Below are positions 41,315 to 54,404 of a stretch of DNA of 64,000 nt, piece by piece. This stretch comes from Actinomycetes bacterium (GTDB lineage Bacteria > Actinomycetota > Actinomycetes > S36-B12). Every line of letters begins with the position of its first letter. Positions within the stretch are counted from its first letter, which is position 1. Position numbers and translations under genes: made by a program. The DNA lies in the NCBI GenBank assembly GCA_965657825.1, contig CBFHQG010000001.1:15057-79056 (forward strand), given 5' to 3'. The notes under the pieces were generated by a model. The model saw only the letters and a program-made list of their open reading frames with translations, made no database searches and had not been told where the DNA came from.

Positions 41315-42862
41315 TCAGGATCGAGGTGCGAATGCGCGTGCGTCCAGGTGCCCCCAGGGCCGATCGTGACGGGCGACCCCCCGCCACGCTGCGTCGACGG
41401 GATCCGGTGCTGCGTTCCCGGTCAGTTCATCGGCCATCCGATCGACATCCGCGAGATGCTCGAGTAGTCGACCGCGCGCGTAGTCCGCGGCAGAGTCCTT
41501 GCTCACCATGAATACCCAGTCGCTGGCCAGTGCGAGGAGCAGTGAGGTCACCAGCTGATCGCGTGCGGGGTCTCGTGAGATGTCGGGGTCTCGTGAGATG
41601 TCATGGTGGAGCAACTCTCGAACGCGAGCGGAGGCTGACTGTTGAGCCTGCCGGAGATCCAATGTCTGCGGACTCGTCCACACGCGGAAGTCCTTGCCCG
41701 ATCCCCAGGATCCTTCCCCTGGATGCACCCGACCGGACACCCCGTGCGCGTCGAGGGCACCGGTGATGCTGCGGGGGATGATCCCCGCCTGCGGCAACAG
41801 GCGCATGACCTCGTCCAACCATTGCGGACCCTCTGCCCACCAGTGGCCGAACAGTTCAGTGTCGTAGGCCACAACGGCGAGCGGAGCGCGATCGAGGGCG
41901 CGTTGCTCGACAAGTCGCTCGCGCACCGCGGAGACGAAGTCGACCGCATCACGGTGCACGGCGAGTGCGGCGCGCTCAGGTTCGTAGGGCGCCTTGTGCT
42001 CGGGCGCGATGCTGCGTCCGGTCACGCGATGGATCTTCAGGCCCCACTCATGGTCGAAGGTATGGAAGTCGCGGTACCAGCGGCCGCCGGGATACCCGCG
42101 CTTGGGCGACCACACCCGATAGGCCAGAGGTAGGTCGCGCCCGACGACCCGCACGTCGGTATCCCCCAGCAGCCAGGGGGAGTGCGTGTCCGCTCCCGCG
42201 GACAGCAGCGTCGGCCCCTCCAGCATGAGGTGGTCGACGCCAGCCTCGGCGAATACGTGGTCAAGGCCCGGCCGGTAGGCGCATTCGGGGGTCCAGATGC
42301 CATTCGGTCGGGAGCCGAGACGCAGGTGCGCGTCGTCGAGTCCGCTCCGCAGGGTGGCGGTGGCCCAGTGGTCATCCAAACTCGGGGTGAAGGCGTGGGC
42401 CAACGGACCGCCGAGAAGTTCGACCACTCCCGCGTCGACCAGCCGGCGCAGGACTGGACTGGCTCCGTTCCGCCAGGACGCCTCGAAGGACGCCAGCGCC
42501 CGGGTAGCCGAGTGGAACTCGCGCCGACCCGCATCGCGTCGGTGAGCTTCCCGGCTTGCTGCAAGACCCTCCGCACGTACCTGCCAGGCGCCCAGCCAGG
42601 CATGCTGGGCGCTCAGGCAGTAGGGATCATCGAGCTGCGCGGCGAGAACCGGCGTCAGACCGATGCTCAGGCAATCGCGGTATCCGGACTCTCCGAGTCG
42701 GTTCAGCAGGTCGACGATGGGGAGATAGGAGTGCGACCAGGCCTGGTGCAGCCATTCCTCGCCGACCGGCCACGCTCCGTGATGGGCGACCCATGGAAGG
42801 TGCGTGTGCAACACGATGCACAGTGAGCCGAGCGGGGGAGTCGACGCGGGGGTCACAGGCAC
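41315..42862 (-). CDS. GH57-family glucan branching enzyme-like protein (DUF1957 type)
   Basis: N-terminal VLHTHLPWV...GEEWL block and overall GH57 character. 515 aa. Confidence 0.88.
   Translation of the reverse strand: MPVTPASTPPLGSLCIVLHTHLPWVAHHGAWPVGEEWLHQAWSHSYLPIVDLLNRLGESGYRDCLSIGLTPVLAAQLDDPYCLSAQHAWLGAWQVRAEGLAASREAHRRDAGRREFHSATRALASFEASWRNGASPVLRRLVDAGVVELLGGPLAHAFTPSLDDHWATATLRSGLDDAHLRLGSRPNGIWTPECAYRPGLDHVFAEAGVDHLMLEGPTLLSAGADTHSPWLLGDTDVRVVGRDLPLAYRVWSPKRGYPGGRWYRDFHTFDHEWGLKIHRVTGRSIAPEHKAPYEPERAALAVHRDAVDFVSAVRERLVEQRALDRAPLAVVAYDTELFGHWWAEGPQWLDEVMRLLPQAGIIPRSITGALDAHGVSGRVHPGEGSWGSGKDFRVWTSPQTLDLRQAQQSASARVRELLHHDISRDPDISRDPARDQLVTSLLLALASDWVFMVSKDSAADYARGRLLEHLADVDRMADELTGNAAPDPVDAAWRGVARHDRPWGHLDARAFAPRS
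41566..41601. repeat. 18-bp in-frame tandem duplication inside the GH57 gene (encodes DISRDP x2)
   Basis: Read directly: GGGGTCTCGTGAGATGTC at 41566-41583 and 41584-41601. Confidence 0.95.
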
Positions 42863-43614
42863 CGGCCGATGACGAGCAGATCCTGCGCATGCTGAGTGCT
42901 CCGGTCGATGCGGAAGTCGTCATCGGTCAGGGTGGGAACGAAACCAGCCAGATCCTCCGGCCAGTCGTCGGCGAGCATCGCGGTGATCTGCGCCTGCATC
43001 AATGATCCGTGCGCTGCTTCCCAGGCGATGATCCGTTCCGCGTGATGCAGGCCTCGGACCTCAACGGAGGTCCAGCCGGCGGCTCGGAACAGGTCGATCA
43101 ACTGCTCGGCATCGAACTCCTCGACGTGGAAGGGGTTCAGCGGCTTCTCGCCTCGACCGAGACCGGGGGAGAAGGTTTCGCGGTTGGGGGTGGAGGCGAT
43201 CACGAGACCGTCGGGGCGCAGAACCTCGCGGACTGCACGGAGGAACCCCGGGAGGTCCCACAGGTGCTCGATCACCTGCAGGCACACCACGAGATCGATC
43301 GCTTCCATGCGCAGGGGCAACTCAGCGAGATTGGCCTGAACTGTCGACACGGCCGGGTAGGTCCGAGCGGCATGGCCGGCGGCCTGATCGTCGTACTCGA
43401 GGCCGAGTACGAGTTCGGCGCCGGCCTCGGCGAGAAGTGCCGCCCCGTATCCCTCGCCGGACCCAGCGTCCACCACCCTCGCCCCAGGGTGCGGAAGCCA
43501 GGCATCGGCGATCCAGCGATAGACGGCACGGTGACGAGCGAAGAAATACTGCTCTCGGTCGATGCCGGGCACGGTGCGTTCGCCGGTGGGTTCCATCGGG
43601 CTCGAGTCTCCCAT
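42853..43614 (-). CDS. Class I SAM-dependent methyltransferase
   Basis: ATG 43614 (MGDSSPMEPTGERTVPG...), with motif I VVDAGSGEGYGA. It overlaps the GH57 start by 10 nt. The track ORF extension to 43935 overlaps etfB and is rejected. Confidence 0.8.
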   Translation of the reverse strand: MGDSSPMEPTGERTVPGIDREQYFFARHRAVYRWIADAWLPHPGARVVDAGSGEGYGAALLAEAGAELVLGLEYDDQAAGHAARTYPAVSTVQANLAELPLRMEAIDLVVCLQVIEHLWDLPGFLRAVREVLRPDGLVIASTPNRETFSPGLGRGEKPLNPFHVEEFDAEQLIDLFRAAGWTSVEVRGLHHAERIIAWEAAHGSLMQAQITAMLADDWPEDLAGFVPTLTDDDFRIDRSTQHAQDLLVIGRCL

Positions 43615-43687
43615 CACCCCGATGAGCCGAGTGGGCGAGATCGTCCTACCATACGGAGGTAACCCCACCCTCGACGAGGAGTAGCCG

Positions 43688-44467
43688 ATGAAGATCGCGG
43701 TGTGCGTCAAGCAGGTCCCGGATACCTGGGCCGAGAAGAAACTGCGTGATGACGATTCGACCCTGGACCGCGAGGCTGCCGACGGCGTTATGAACGAACT
43801 CGACGAGTACGCCGTCGAGGAGGCCCTGCGACTCACCGAGGCGAATGGTGGAGAGGTCGTCGTGGTCACGATGGGGCCCGAGCGCGCGGCTGAGACTGTC
43901 CGCAAGGCGCTGAGCATGGGAGCCGATGCCGGCATCCACCTTGTCGATGATGCACTTCATGGCTCGGATGCACTCGCGACCTCGTACGCTCTCGCCGAGG
44001 TCCTCACCGGTCGCGAGTTCGACCTGATCCTGTTCGGATCGGAGTCCACCGATGCACGCATGAGCGTCGTCCCGGCGATGGTCGCGGAGCGCCTGGGCGT
44101 CCCGCAGGTCACCTTCGCGCAGAAGGTCGACGTCGACGGTGCCACCGTGCGCACCGAGCGTGTCACCGAATACGGCTACGACACCGTCGAGGCTGCGCTG
44201 CCGGCCGTGGTCAGCGTCGTGGAAAAGATCAACGAACCGCGCTACCCCTCCTTCAAGGGCATCATGGCGGCGAAGAAGAAGCCGGTCGAGACGCTCGCGA
44301 TCGCCGATGCTGGTCTGGATGCGGGACGACTCGGATTGTCAGCCGCCTGGACCTCCGTGGACCAGTTCGCTGCCCGACCCCCCAAGGCTGCCGGCACGGT
44401 CGTCACCGATGAGGGTGACGGCGGTGTGAAGATCGTGGAATTCCTGTCCGAGCAGAAGTTCGTCTGA
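43688..44467 (+). CDS. etfB: Electron transfer flavoprotein subunit beta
   Basis: MKIAVCVKQVPD N-terminus and full-length EtfB similarity. Confidence 0.93.
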   Translation: MKIAVCVKQVPDTWAEKKLRDDDSTLDREAADGVMNELDEYAVEEALRLTEANGGEVVVVTMGPERAAETVRKALSMGADAGIHLVDDALHGSDALATSYALAEVLTGREFDLILFGSESTDARMSVVPAMVAERLGVPQVTFAQKVDVDGATVRTERVTEYGYDTVEAALPAVVSVVEKINEPRYPSFKGIMAAKKKPVETLAIADAGLDAGRLGLSAAWTSVDQFAARPPKAAGTVVTDEGDGGVKIVEFLSEQKFV

Positions 44468-44499
44468 CCGCGCCACACCGAATCGAAAGGCAACTACCG

Positions 44500-45456
44500 A
44501 TGGCTCAGATCCTCGTCCTCGTCGAATCCGCCGACGGTGCGGTGAAGAAGGTCACCCTCGAACTCCTCGCGCTCGCCGGCACACTCGGCACTCCCGCTGC
44601 GGTGTGGTTGGGGCCGGGCTATTCCGACCAGGCTGGTGCGACTCTCGCCGAGCATGGCGCCGACACGATCTACGTGGCCGACTCAGCGGACCTGATCGAC
44701 TACGTGGTGGCTCCCAAGGCTGAAGCCCTCGCACAGGTGATGTCGACTGCCTCCCCGGCGGCGGTGCTCATCGCCTCGACCGCGGAGGGCAAGGAGATCG
44801 CGGCCCGGCTCGCGGTCAAGACCGAGTCGGGCATCATCACCGACGCCGTCGACGTCGCTGCCGACCTCACCGCGACCCAGAGTGTCTTCGGCGGCTCGAC
44901 CATCGTCCACTCGAAGGTCACGACCGGGACCCCGATCATCACCGTTCGAGTCAATTCCGTGCCCCCGCAGGTCGCACCCGCAGCCGGTACCCGCGTCGAC
45001 GTCGCCGTGTCTGTCTCGGATGCCGCGAAGACCGCGAAGGTCACCGACCGCACCGTGGCTGCCAAGGGTGGCCGGCCCGAGCTCGCCGAGGCGGCGATCG
45101 TGGTCAGCGGTGGGCGCGGGGTCAACGGGACCGAGGGGTTCTCGGTGATCGAGGATCTCGCCGACAGTCTCGGTGCCGCGGTCGGCGCCTCCCGTGCGGC
45201 GACCGACGCCGGTTGGTATCCCCACCAGTTCCAGGTCGGCCAGACCGGTAAGACCGTGTCCCCTCAGCTCTACATCGCCAATGGCATCAGCGGAGCCATC
45301 CAGCATCGCGCAGGTATGCAGACTTCGAAGACCATCGTGGTGGTCAACAAGGACCCCGAGGCGCCGATCTTCGAACTCGCTGACTTCGGGGTCGTCGGTG
45401 ACCTGTTCTCCGTCGTTCCGCAGTTGACCGACGAGATCAACAAGCGCAAGGGATGA
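44500..45456 (+). CDS. etfA: Electron transfer flavoprotein subunit alpha
   Basis: C-terminal FAD block [29 protein letters not shown]. Confidence 0.93.
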   Translation: MAQILVLVESADGAVKKVTLELLALAGTLGTPAAVWLGPGYSDQAGATLAEHGADTIYVADSADLIDYVVAPKAEALAQVMSTASPAAVLIASTAEGKEIAARLAVKTESGIITDAVDVAADLTATQSVFGGSTIVHSKVTTGTPIITVRVNSVPPQVAPAAGTRVDVAVSVSDAAKTAKVTDRTVAAKGGRPELAEAAIVVSGGRGVNGTEGFSVIEDLADSLGAAVGASRAATDAGWYPHQFQVGQTGKTVSPQLYIANGISGAIQHRAGMQTSKTIVVVNKDPEAPIFELADFGVVGDLFSVVPQLTDEINKRKG

Positions 45457-45495
45457 CCGGCGGTAGAAGTCACGCCGCACGCTAGCATCGACACC

Positions 45496-46674
45496 GTGCC
45501 GCACGCCTACCTCGACCATGCGGCGACCACGCCGCTACGCGAGCAATCCCGTGACGCATGGCTGAGGGTCAGTGAGTCACTGGGCAATCCGTCATCCCTG
45601 CACGCACCCGGTCGGGCAGCTCGCAGGATCGTCGAGGAGGCCCGCGAGCAGGTCGCTGCCTCACTGGGTGTTCGGCCCAGCGAGGTGGTGTTCACCGCTG
45701 GTGGAACAGAGGCTGACAACCTCGCGGTGAAGGGATTCGCCTGGGCTGATCCGACTCGACGCGCGATCGTGTGCTCGCCGATCGAGCACCATGCGGTGCT
45801 CGATCCCGTCGAGTGGTTGGCCGAGCACCAGGGCTTCGATGTCCGGTGGCCGATAGTCGAGCGCTCCGGGCGCGTGGATGTTGACTCCCTCGTTGCCGCG
45901 CTCGATGACGACGTGGCGGTGTGCACCGTGATGTGGGCGAATAATGAGATCGGTACGGTTCAGCCGATCGCGTCCATTGCACAGGCCTGTGCTGAGCGGG
46001 GGATCCCCTTCCACTCCGATGCTGTCCAGGCACTCGGGATGATCCCGCTGATCGCATCGCTACCCGGACTCACCGCGCTCACCATCAGCGGCCACAAGAT
46101 CGGTGCACCGGTCGGAGTCGGAGCCCTCGTCGTCGATCGTGACGCGACTTTGGCCCCGCTGTTACACGGAGGAGGCCAGGAGCGCGAGATTCGTTCCGGG
46201 ACGGTCGACGCCGCGAGCATCGCCGCATTCGCCATCGCCGTCGAACTCTCGGTGGCCGAACAACCCGCGCTGGCCGACCGACTCGTCGCCTTGCGCACCG
46301 ACCTCGTCGACCGTGTGCTCCACGTCATCCCCGGGACGACCCTCCAGGGTGATCCGGGAGTCGGATTCGACCAGCGACTTCCGGGGAACGCCGCGATCAC
46401 CTTCGATGACTGCGAGGGAGATGCGCTCTTGATGCTCCTCGATGCTGCGGGCATCGCCTGTTCCACCGGGTCGGCGTGCACCTCGGGAGTTCCTGAGCCG
46501 TCGCATGTCCTGCTTGCGATGGGAGTCGATGGTGCCACGGCAAGGGGAACCCTTCGCTTCTCTCTTGGGCGTGGTTCGTCCACGGCCGATATCGATGCCC
46601 TGCTCGAGGTGCTCCCCGGAGTCGTGGAGCGAGCGCGTCGAGCGGGTCGGCCACGGCTGGCCCGGCTGTCATGA
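45496..46674 (+). CDS. Cysteine desulfurase (NifS/IscS class)
   Basis: PLP-lysine block [14 protein letters not shown] and the catalytic loop CSTGSAC. GTG start. Confidence 0.9.
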   Translation: MPHAYLDHAATTPLREQSRDAWLRVSESLGNPSSLHAPGRAARRIVEEAREQVAASLGVRPSEVVFTAGGTEADNLAVKGFAWADPTRRAIVCSPIEHHAVLDPVEWLAEHQGFDVRWPIVERSGRVDVDSLVAALDDDVAVCTVMWANNEIGTVQPIASIAQACAERGIPFHSDAVQALGMIPLIASLPGLTALTISGHKIGAPVGVGALVVDRDATLAPLLHGGGQEREIRSGTVDAASIAAFAIAVELSVAEQPALADRLVALRTDLVDRVLHVIPGTTLQGDPGVGFDQRLPGNAAITFDDCEGDALLMLLDAAGIACSTGSACTSGVPEPSHVLLAMGVDGATARGTLRFSLGRGSSTADIDALLEVLPGVVERARRAGRPRLARLS

Positions 46675-46704
46675 GAGTCGGACACTCGTGAGAGTCGAAT
46701 ACTC

Positions 46705-47787
46705 ATGAGAATCCTCGCCGCCCTCTCCGGTGGAGTCGACAGCGCCGTAGCAGCAGCCCGGGCCCTCGACGATGGCCACGAGGTTGTCGGGGTCCACCTA
46801 GCCCTGTCGAGGGTCGAGCATGTCGCTGGCTCACGTGGCTGCTGCTCGGCAGAGGATGCTCGAGATGCCCGTCGGGTCGCCGATGTGCTCGATATGCCCT
46901 ACTACGTGTGGGACATGCACGAGGAGTTCCAGGAGTCGGTGATCGACGACTTCATCGCCGAATATCAGGCGGGACACACACCGAACCCGTGTCTGCGCTG
47001 CAACGAGAGCATCAAATTCTCCGCCGTCCTCGATCGGGCGTTGGCCCTGGGCTTCGACGCCGTGTGCACCGGTCATTACGCACGCCTACTGGACACCCCG
47101 AACGGGCGTGAACTGCATCGGGCTGTGGACTCGACCAAGGATCAGTCCTATGTGCTCGCTGTCTTGCAGCAGGAGCAACTCGCGCACGCGATGTTCCCCC
47201 TTGGTGAGTCCTACAAGAGCGAGGTCCGCACGGAGGCGCACGAGCGGGGCCTGATGGTCGCCGACAAGCCGGACAGTCATGACATCTGCTTCATCCCCGA
47301 TGGCGACACCGCAGGTTGGCTCCATCGCGAACTCGGCGAGCGCCCCGGCGACATCGTCGATGCCGTGTCCGGTGACCGGATCGGTGCGCATCAGGGTGCC
47401 TATGCCTTCACGATCGGTCAGCGTCGGGGACTCGGCCTGACGACGCCCGCCGATGAAGGCCAGCGTCGCTACGTCGTCGACGTCGACGTCCAGCGCAACA
47501 CGGTGCTCGTCGGGCCGGAGTCACTGCTGGGGATCCGATCGATCACCGGGGTCCGTCCGCGATGGGCTGGTTCCGTACCGATCGGTGAGTTCGACGCGGA
47601 TGTCCAGGTTCGCGCACACGGTGAGCCTCTTCCAGCGACGGTGCTCGCCGAGGACGAGGGGGCAACCCCGATCGTGCGTATCCACCTGCGCGAGACACTG
47701 CGCGGTGTCGCAGCCGGGCAGGCCGCGGTCGTCTATTCCGGCAGCAGGGTGGTGGGCTCGGCCACCATCGCCGATACCGCACCGTGA
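46705..47787 (+). CDS. mnmA: tRNA 2-thiouridine(34) synthase
   Basis: PP-loop [18 protein letters not shown] and KDQSY motifs. Confidence 0.93.
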   Translation: MRILAALSGGVDSAVAAARALDDGHEVVGVHLALSRVEHVAGSRGCCSAEDARDARRVADVLDMPYYVWDMHEEFQESVIDDFIAEYQAGHTPNPCLRCNESIKFSAVLDRALALGFDAVCTGHYARLLDTPNGRELHRAVDSTKDQSYVLAVLQQEQLAHAMFPLGESYKSEVRTEAHERGLMVADKPDSHDICFIPDGDTAGWLHRELGERPGDIVDAVSGDRIGAHQGAYAFTIGQRRGLGLTTPADEGQRRYVVDVDVQRNTVLVGPESLLGIRSITGVRPRWAGSVPIGEFDADVQVRAHGEPLPATVLAEDEGATPIVRIHLRETLRGVAAGQAAVVYSGSRVVGSATIADTAP

Positions 47788-48809
47788 ACGGGTTCACCGC
47801 AACCGGTCTGGGTTCCCTTCCGGGGGTGGACGCCGACGAGGCGACCCGCATCGTCGGCGGTGAACTCTCCGGGCTACCGCACGTCGTGGAGCTCCCCGCG
47901 CGGGGGCCGGGCTCGGACATGATCGGGCGCACGATGTCGATGCTCGCCGATCTGGCCCCGGATCTATCGGTGGAGACCACCCCGGTCGGCTGGCGATTCG
48001 CCGATGCTCCAGGACGGGTGATGCGGCGCGCGCGGTCGTGGCTGGCTGAGGATCTTGATGCTGCTGCACAGCACTACGCCGGCAGCCCGATCGTCAAGGC
48101 GCAGGTATGCGGACCGTGGACTCTGGCCGCAGGTGTTGAGATGCGCAACGGCGAGCGCGCGGTCCGTGACCACGGTGCCTGCCGGGACATCGCGGTGGCA
48201 CTCGCGGATGCGGTGGATGCGTATGTCCGCGAGATCCACCGGCGGATCCCGACGGCGCAGGTCGTCCTGCAGGTCGACGAACCAGGACTGCCGATGGTCC
48301 TCGCCGGAGGGGTATCCACCGCGAGCGGCATTGCGACGTACCGTGCTATCGATCCCCAGGTAGTCCAGGGGCACCTCGCCACGATTACCGAAGCGATCCA
48401 CCGGGTCGAAGCGATCAGCTGGATCCACTCCTGTGCGTCGGGGTTCCCGCTGGAACTGGTGCGCCGGGCAGGGTTCGCCGGCGTTGCGGTTCCGCTGTAC
48501 ATCGACCACGCGGAGGAGGCGCTGGGGCAGATTCTCGATCAGGGTGCCACCCTCGGACTGGGAGTGATGGAGGCGTCTGGGGTACCGCGTGGGGTAGCCG
48601 GCGGGCAGATCGACGCATCCCAGGCTGCCGCCGATGTGCTCGGTCAACTCAATCGGTGGGGATTCGCGCCGGACGCTGTGGCTGACCGCATCGTGCTCAC
48701 ACCGACCTGCGGTCTTGCCGGCAGTAGTCCGCAGCGGGTCCGGGGGATCTACCGGGCATTGCGTGAGGCCGGGCGTCTCCTGCGTGATGAGGGACGCGAT
48801 TCTGCGTAA
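47784..48809 (+). CDS. Conserved hypothetical, MetE C-terminal-domain/URO-D-like fold suspected
   Basis: 341 aa, with a GTGA overlap with mnmA. It occupies the same mnmA-to-ligA position as M. tuberculosis Rv3015c (from memory). The fold assignment is a guess from sparse motifs. Confidence 0.55.
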   Translation: MNGFTATGLGSLPGVDADEATRIVGGELSGLPHVVELPARGPGSDMIGRTMSMLADLAPDLSVETTPVGWRFADAPGRVMRRARSWLAEDLDAAAQHYAGSPIVKAQVCGPWTLAAGVEMRNGERAVRDHGACRDIAVALADAVDAYVREIHRRIPTAQVVLQVDEPGLPMVLAGGVSTASGIATYRAIDPQVVQGHLATITEAIHRVEAISWIHSCASGFPLELVRRAGFAGVAVPLYIDHAEEALGQILDQGATLGLGVMEASGVPRGVAGGQIDASQAAADVLGQLNRWGFAPDAVADRIVLTPTCGLAGSSPQRVRGIYRALREAGRLLRDEGRDSA

Positions 48810-51002
<2,193 letters not shown>

Positions 51003-51016
51003 CCGCTGCGCCTAGG

Positions 51017-51322
51017 ATGGCGCGCATGTCTGCGATCACCCGAGACGAGGTCGCCCATCTCGCGCACCTCGCCCGACTCGACCTCACCGACGACGAACTC
51101 GACCACTACGCGGACCAACTCGATGTGATCTTGACCTCGGTGGCTCGGGTGAGTGAAGTCGCGGCCGATGACGTGCCCCCCACCTCTCATCCGGTCCCCC
51201 TGGTCAATGTGACCAGGCCGGACATCGCCCGCCCGGGACTGTCCGCCGGCGAGGCGTTGTCCGGGGCACCCGCGGTCGAGGATGAACGATTCCGGGTGCC
51301 GCGCATCCTGGATCAGGACTGA
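51017..51322 (+). CDS. gatC: Asp/Glu-tRNA amidotransferase subunit C
   Basis: [22 protein letters not shown]. An alternative start is ATG 51026. Confidence 0.88.
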   Translation: MARMSAITRDEVAHLAHLARLDLTDDELDHYADQLDVILTSVARVSEVAADDVPPTSHPVPLVNVTRPDIARPGLSAGEALSGAPAVEDERFRVPRILDQD

Positions 51323-51341
51323 AGCGAGGTTGAGTCGTTCC

Positions 51342-52871
51342 ATGTCGTCTTCATCGTCTTCATCCCTGTCTCCCATGGACGCCGATCTCATCCGGCAAAC
51401 GGCCAGCGTCCTAGCCGGCGCTATCGCCGCTGGCGAGGTCAGTGCCCGTGAGGTCGTCTCGGCTCACCTCGATCGCATCGGTGAGGTCGACGAGAAGGTG
51501 CACGCCTTCCTATGCGTCACCGGTGAGGAAGCACTCGCCCACGCCGATGCCGTGGATGCCAAGCGCTCGGCCGGTGAGCCACTCGGTCCGCTGGCTGGTG
51601 TCCCGCTGGCGTTGAAGGATGTGCTGGCGATGCGCGGGGTGCCCACGACCTGCGGATCGCGGATCCTCGAGGGGTGGCGGCCGCCCTATGACGCGACCGT
51701 GGTGCAGCGGCTGCGCGAAGCCGATGTGATCATCCTGGGCAAGACCAATATGGACGAGTTCGCGATGGGGTCCTCGACCGAACACTCCGCATACGGCCCC
51801 ACGCGCAACCCGTGGGATCTGGACCGCATCCCGGGGGGTTCAGGAGGCGGGTCGGCAGCCGCGGTCGCCGCACTCGAGGCACCGTTGGCGATCGGGACCG
51901 ACACGGGGGGATCGATCCGCCAGCCGGCCGCGGTCACGGGCACGGTCGGGGTCAAGCCCACCTATGGCGGGGTATCCCGCTACGGGCTGGTGGCGCTCGC
52001 CTCCAGTCTCGATCAGGCCGGTCCCTGCGCCCGGACGGTCCTGGATGCCGCCCGATTGCATGCCGTGATCGCCGGACATGACCCGCGCGATTCGACCTCC
52101 ATCGACGCGGCGGTTCCCGACGTGGTCGCCGCAGCCGAACGAGCCGACGTGCGTGGGATGCGGATCGGGTTGGTGCGCCAGTTGGACGGTGAGGGCTATG
52201 CGCCCGGTGTACGTCAGCGCTTCACCGAGGCCGTGGAGATCCTCACCCACCTCGGTGCACATGTCGTCGAGGTCGACTGTCCGAACTTCGAGTACGCATT
52301 GGGTGCGTACTACCTGATTCTGCCGAGTGAGGCGTCAAGCAACCTCGCCCGCTTCGATGGGATGCGCTACGGGTTGCGCGTGGGCGATGACGGCGACGCC
52401 TCGGTCGAGTCGGTGATGTCGACGACGCGTGAGGCCGGCTTCGGTGCGGAGGTCAAGCGACGCATCATGCTCGGGACCTATGCCCTGTCCAGTGGTTACT
52501 ACGATGCCTACTACGGGCAGGCCCAGAAGGTTCGAACCCTGATCCGTAGGGACTTCGAAGCGGCGTTCGCGCAGGCCGATGTCCTCATCTCGCCCACCGC
52601 GCCGACCACGGCTTTCCGGATCGGCGAGAAGGTCGATGACCCATTGGCGATGTATCTCAACGACATCGCGACGATCCCGGTGAACCTGGCGGGCAATGCG
52701 GCCATGTCGCTGCCGATCGGGCTCTCACCCGACGATGGACTCCCCGTCGGCCTGCAGATCATGGCGCCGGCGATGGCCGATGATCGGATGTACCTGGCAG
52801 GGGCCGCCCTGGAGGGGGCGCTGTTCGATCGATGGGGTCACCTGCTCATCGAGGAGGCGCCGGCGCTATGA
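51342..52871 (+). CDS. gatA: Asp/Glu-tRNA amidotransferase subunit A
   Basis: Amidase signature [13 protein letters not shown] Ser-run N-terminus follows ATG 51342; an alternative start is 51375. Confidence 0.93.
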   Translation: MSSSSSSSLSPMDADLIRQTASVLAGAIAAGEVSAREVVSAHLDRIGEVDEKVHAFLCVTGEEALAHADAVDAKRSAGEPLGPLAGVPLALKDVLAMRGVPTTCGSRILEGWRPPYDATVVQRLREADVIILGKTNMDEFAMGSSTEHSAYGPTRNPWDLDRIPGGSGGGSAAAVAALEAPLAIGTDTGGSIRQPAAVTGTVGVKPTYGGVSRYGLVALASSLDQAGPCARTVLDAARLHAVIAGHDPRDSTSIDAAVPDVVAAAERADVRGMRIGLVRQLDGEGYAPGVRQRFTEAVEILTHLGAHVVEVDCPNFEYALGAYYLILPSEASSNLARFDGMRYGLRVGDDGDASVESVMSTTREAGFGAEVKRRIMLGTYALSSGYYDAYYGQAQKVRTLIRRDFEAAFAQADVLISPTAPTTAFRIGEKVDDPLAMYLNDIATIPVNLAGNAAMSLPIGLSPDDGLPVGLQIMAPAMADDRMYLAGAALEGALFDRWGHLLIEEAPAL

Positions 52872-54400
52872 CCGCATCCACCGCACCTCAGACCGTGCCC
52901 TTCGACGAGGCGCTGACCCGCTATGAGCCGGTGCTGGGTCTGGAGGTCCATGTCGAACTCGGAACCGAATCGAAGATGTTCTGCTCCTGTCCGACGGCGT
53001 TCGGAGCCGAACCCAACACGCAGGTGTGCCCGGTGTGCCTGGCGATGCCGGGCACCCTCCCGGTGATCAATGAGCGCGCCGTGGAGTCCATCATCCGCAT
53101 GGGGTTGGCGTTGAACTGCACCATCGTCGAATGGTGCCGGATGGCACGCAAGAACTACTTCTACCCGGATATGCCGAAGAACTTCCAGATCAGTCAGTAC
53201 GACGAGCCCATCTGCGTCGACGGATACCTCGACGTCACCGTCCCGCTTCCCGATGGTGGTGGAACTCAGACGGTACGGGTGGAGATCGAGCGGGTGCATC
53301 TCGAAGAGGACACCGGCAAGTTGACCCACACGGGTGGAGCAACGGGGCGAATCCACGGCGCGGACTACTCGCTGGTCGACTACAACCGAGCCGGGATCCC
53401 CCTCGTCGAGATCGTCACCAAGCCGATCACCGACACCGGTGCGCTCGCACCCGCAGTAGCCAAGGCGTATGTGGCCGAACTACGCGACATCATGCGTGAA
53501 CTCGGCGTTTCCGACGTCAAGATGGAGGAGGGGTCGCTTCGCTGTGATGCGAACGTCTCGCTCAACCGGCCGGGGGACGAGTGGGGGACCCGAACGGAGA
53601 CCAAGAACGTCAACTCGCTGCGCTCGGTCGAGCGTGCAGTGCGCAGCGAGATCGAACGGCAGGCCGGGGTCCTCGACACCGGTGGACGCATCACTCAGGA
53701 GACTCGGCACTTCCACGAAGACACAGGTGTCACCACGCCGGGTCGATCCAAGGAGCAGGCCGAGGACTACCGCTACTTCCCAGAGCCTGATCTCGTGCCG
53801 ATCGCACCCGATCCGCAGTGGGTGGAGCGATTGCGGGCGAGCATTCCCGAGCAGCCATCCGTTCGTCGGGCTCGGCTCGCTGATGACTGGGGTATCGGGG
53901 CGTTCGAGATGGAATCACTGGTCAATGCCGGTGTCCTTGCCCTTGTTGAAGCCAGTGTCGATGCCGGGGTGGCACCCGATGCCGCCCGCAAGTGGTGGGC
54001 CGGCGAACTGCTGCGTGTCGCCAATGAGCGCGGAGTGGAACCTGATGCACTCCCGGTGACACCGGCGCACATTGCGCGCGTCGAGGCGCTCATCACCGAG
54101 GGCACCATCAACGACAAACTCGCCCGCAGCGTGTTCGACGGGATCATCACCGGTGAAGGCGATCCTGACGCGGTCATCGCGGCGCGGGGCCTGGCCGTGG
54201 TGTCCGATGATTCGGCGCTGATGGCAGCGATCGAGCAGGCCCTGGTCGATCAACCTGACGTCGCCGAGAAGATCCGCGGTGGCAAGGTCGCGGCCGCCGG
54301 TGCGATCGTCGGTGCGGTGATGAAGGCAACCCGTGGCCAGGCTGATGCGGGAAAGGTCCGCGAACTGCTGCTCGACCACCTTGGTGTGGCGGACAGCTAG
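52868..54400 (+). CDS. gatB: Asp/Glu-tRNA amidotransferase subunit B
   Basis: [14 protein letters not shown]-terminus. The ATG overlaps the gatA stop (ATGA). Confidence 0.95.
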   Translation: MTASTAPQTVPFDEALTRYEPVLGLEVHVELGTESKMFCSCPTAFGAEPNTQVCPVCLAMPGTLPVINERAVESIIRMGLALNCTIVEWCRMARKNYFYPDMPKNFQISQYDEPICVDGYLDVTVPLPDGGGTQTVRVEIERVHLEEDTGKLTHTGGATGRIHGADYSLVDYNRAGIPLVEIVTKPITDTGALAPAVAKAYVAELRDIMRELGVSDVKMEEGSLRCDANVSLNRPGDEWGTRTETKNVNSLRSVERAVRSEIERQAGVLDTGGRITQETRHFHEDTGVTTPGRSKEQAEDYRYFPEPDLVPIAPDPQWVERLRASIPEQPSVRRARLADDWGIGAFEMESLVNAGVLALVEASVDAGVAPDAARKWWAGELLRVANERGVEPDALPVTPAHIARVEALITEGTINDKLARSVFDGIITGEGDPDAVIAARGLAVVSDDSALMAAIEQALVDQPDVAEKIRGGKVAAAGAIVGAVMKATRGQADAGKVRELLLDHLGVADS

Positions 54401-54404
54401 CCGA

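Noticed and set aside
43615-43935. Upstream extension of the methyltransferase ORF to 43935.
   Set aside because: It overlaps the etfB start region antisense. The extension is Ser/Thr/Ala-rich with no similarity, and ATG 43614 gives a normal-length class I methyltransferase.
47784-47797. Palindrome GTGAACGGGTTCAC, with half-sites like the ccr/meaA operator.
   Set aside because: The half-site spacing is 2 nt shorter than in GTGAAC-GATC-GTTCAC. It lies at a coupled stop/start junction inside an operon (mnmA to the next gene), and is explained by the coding sequence (M-N-G-F-T). It is probably coincidental.
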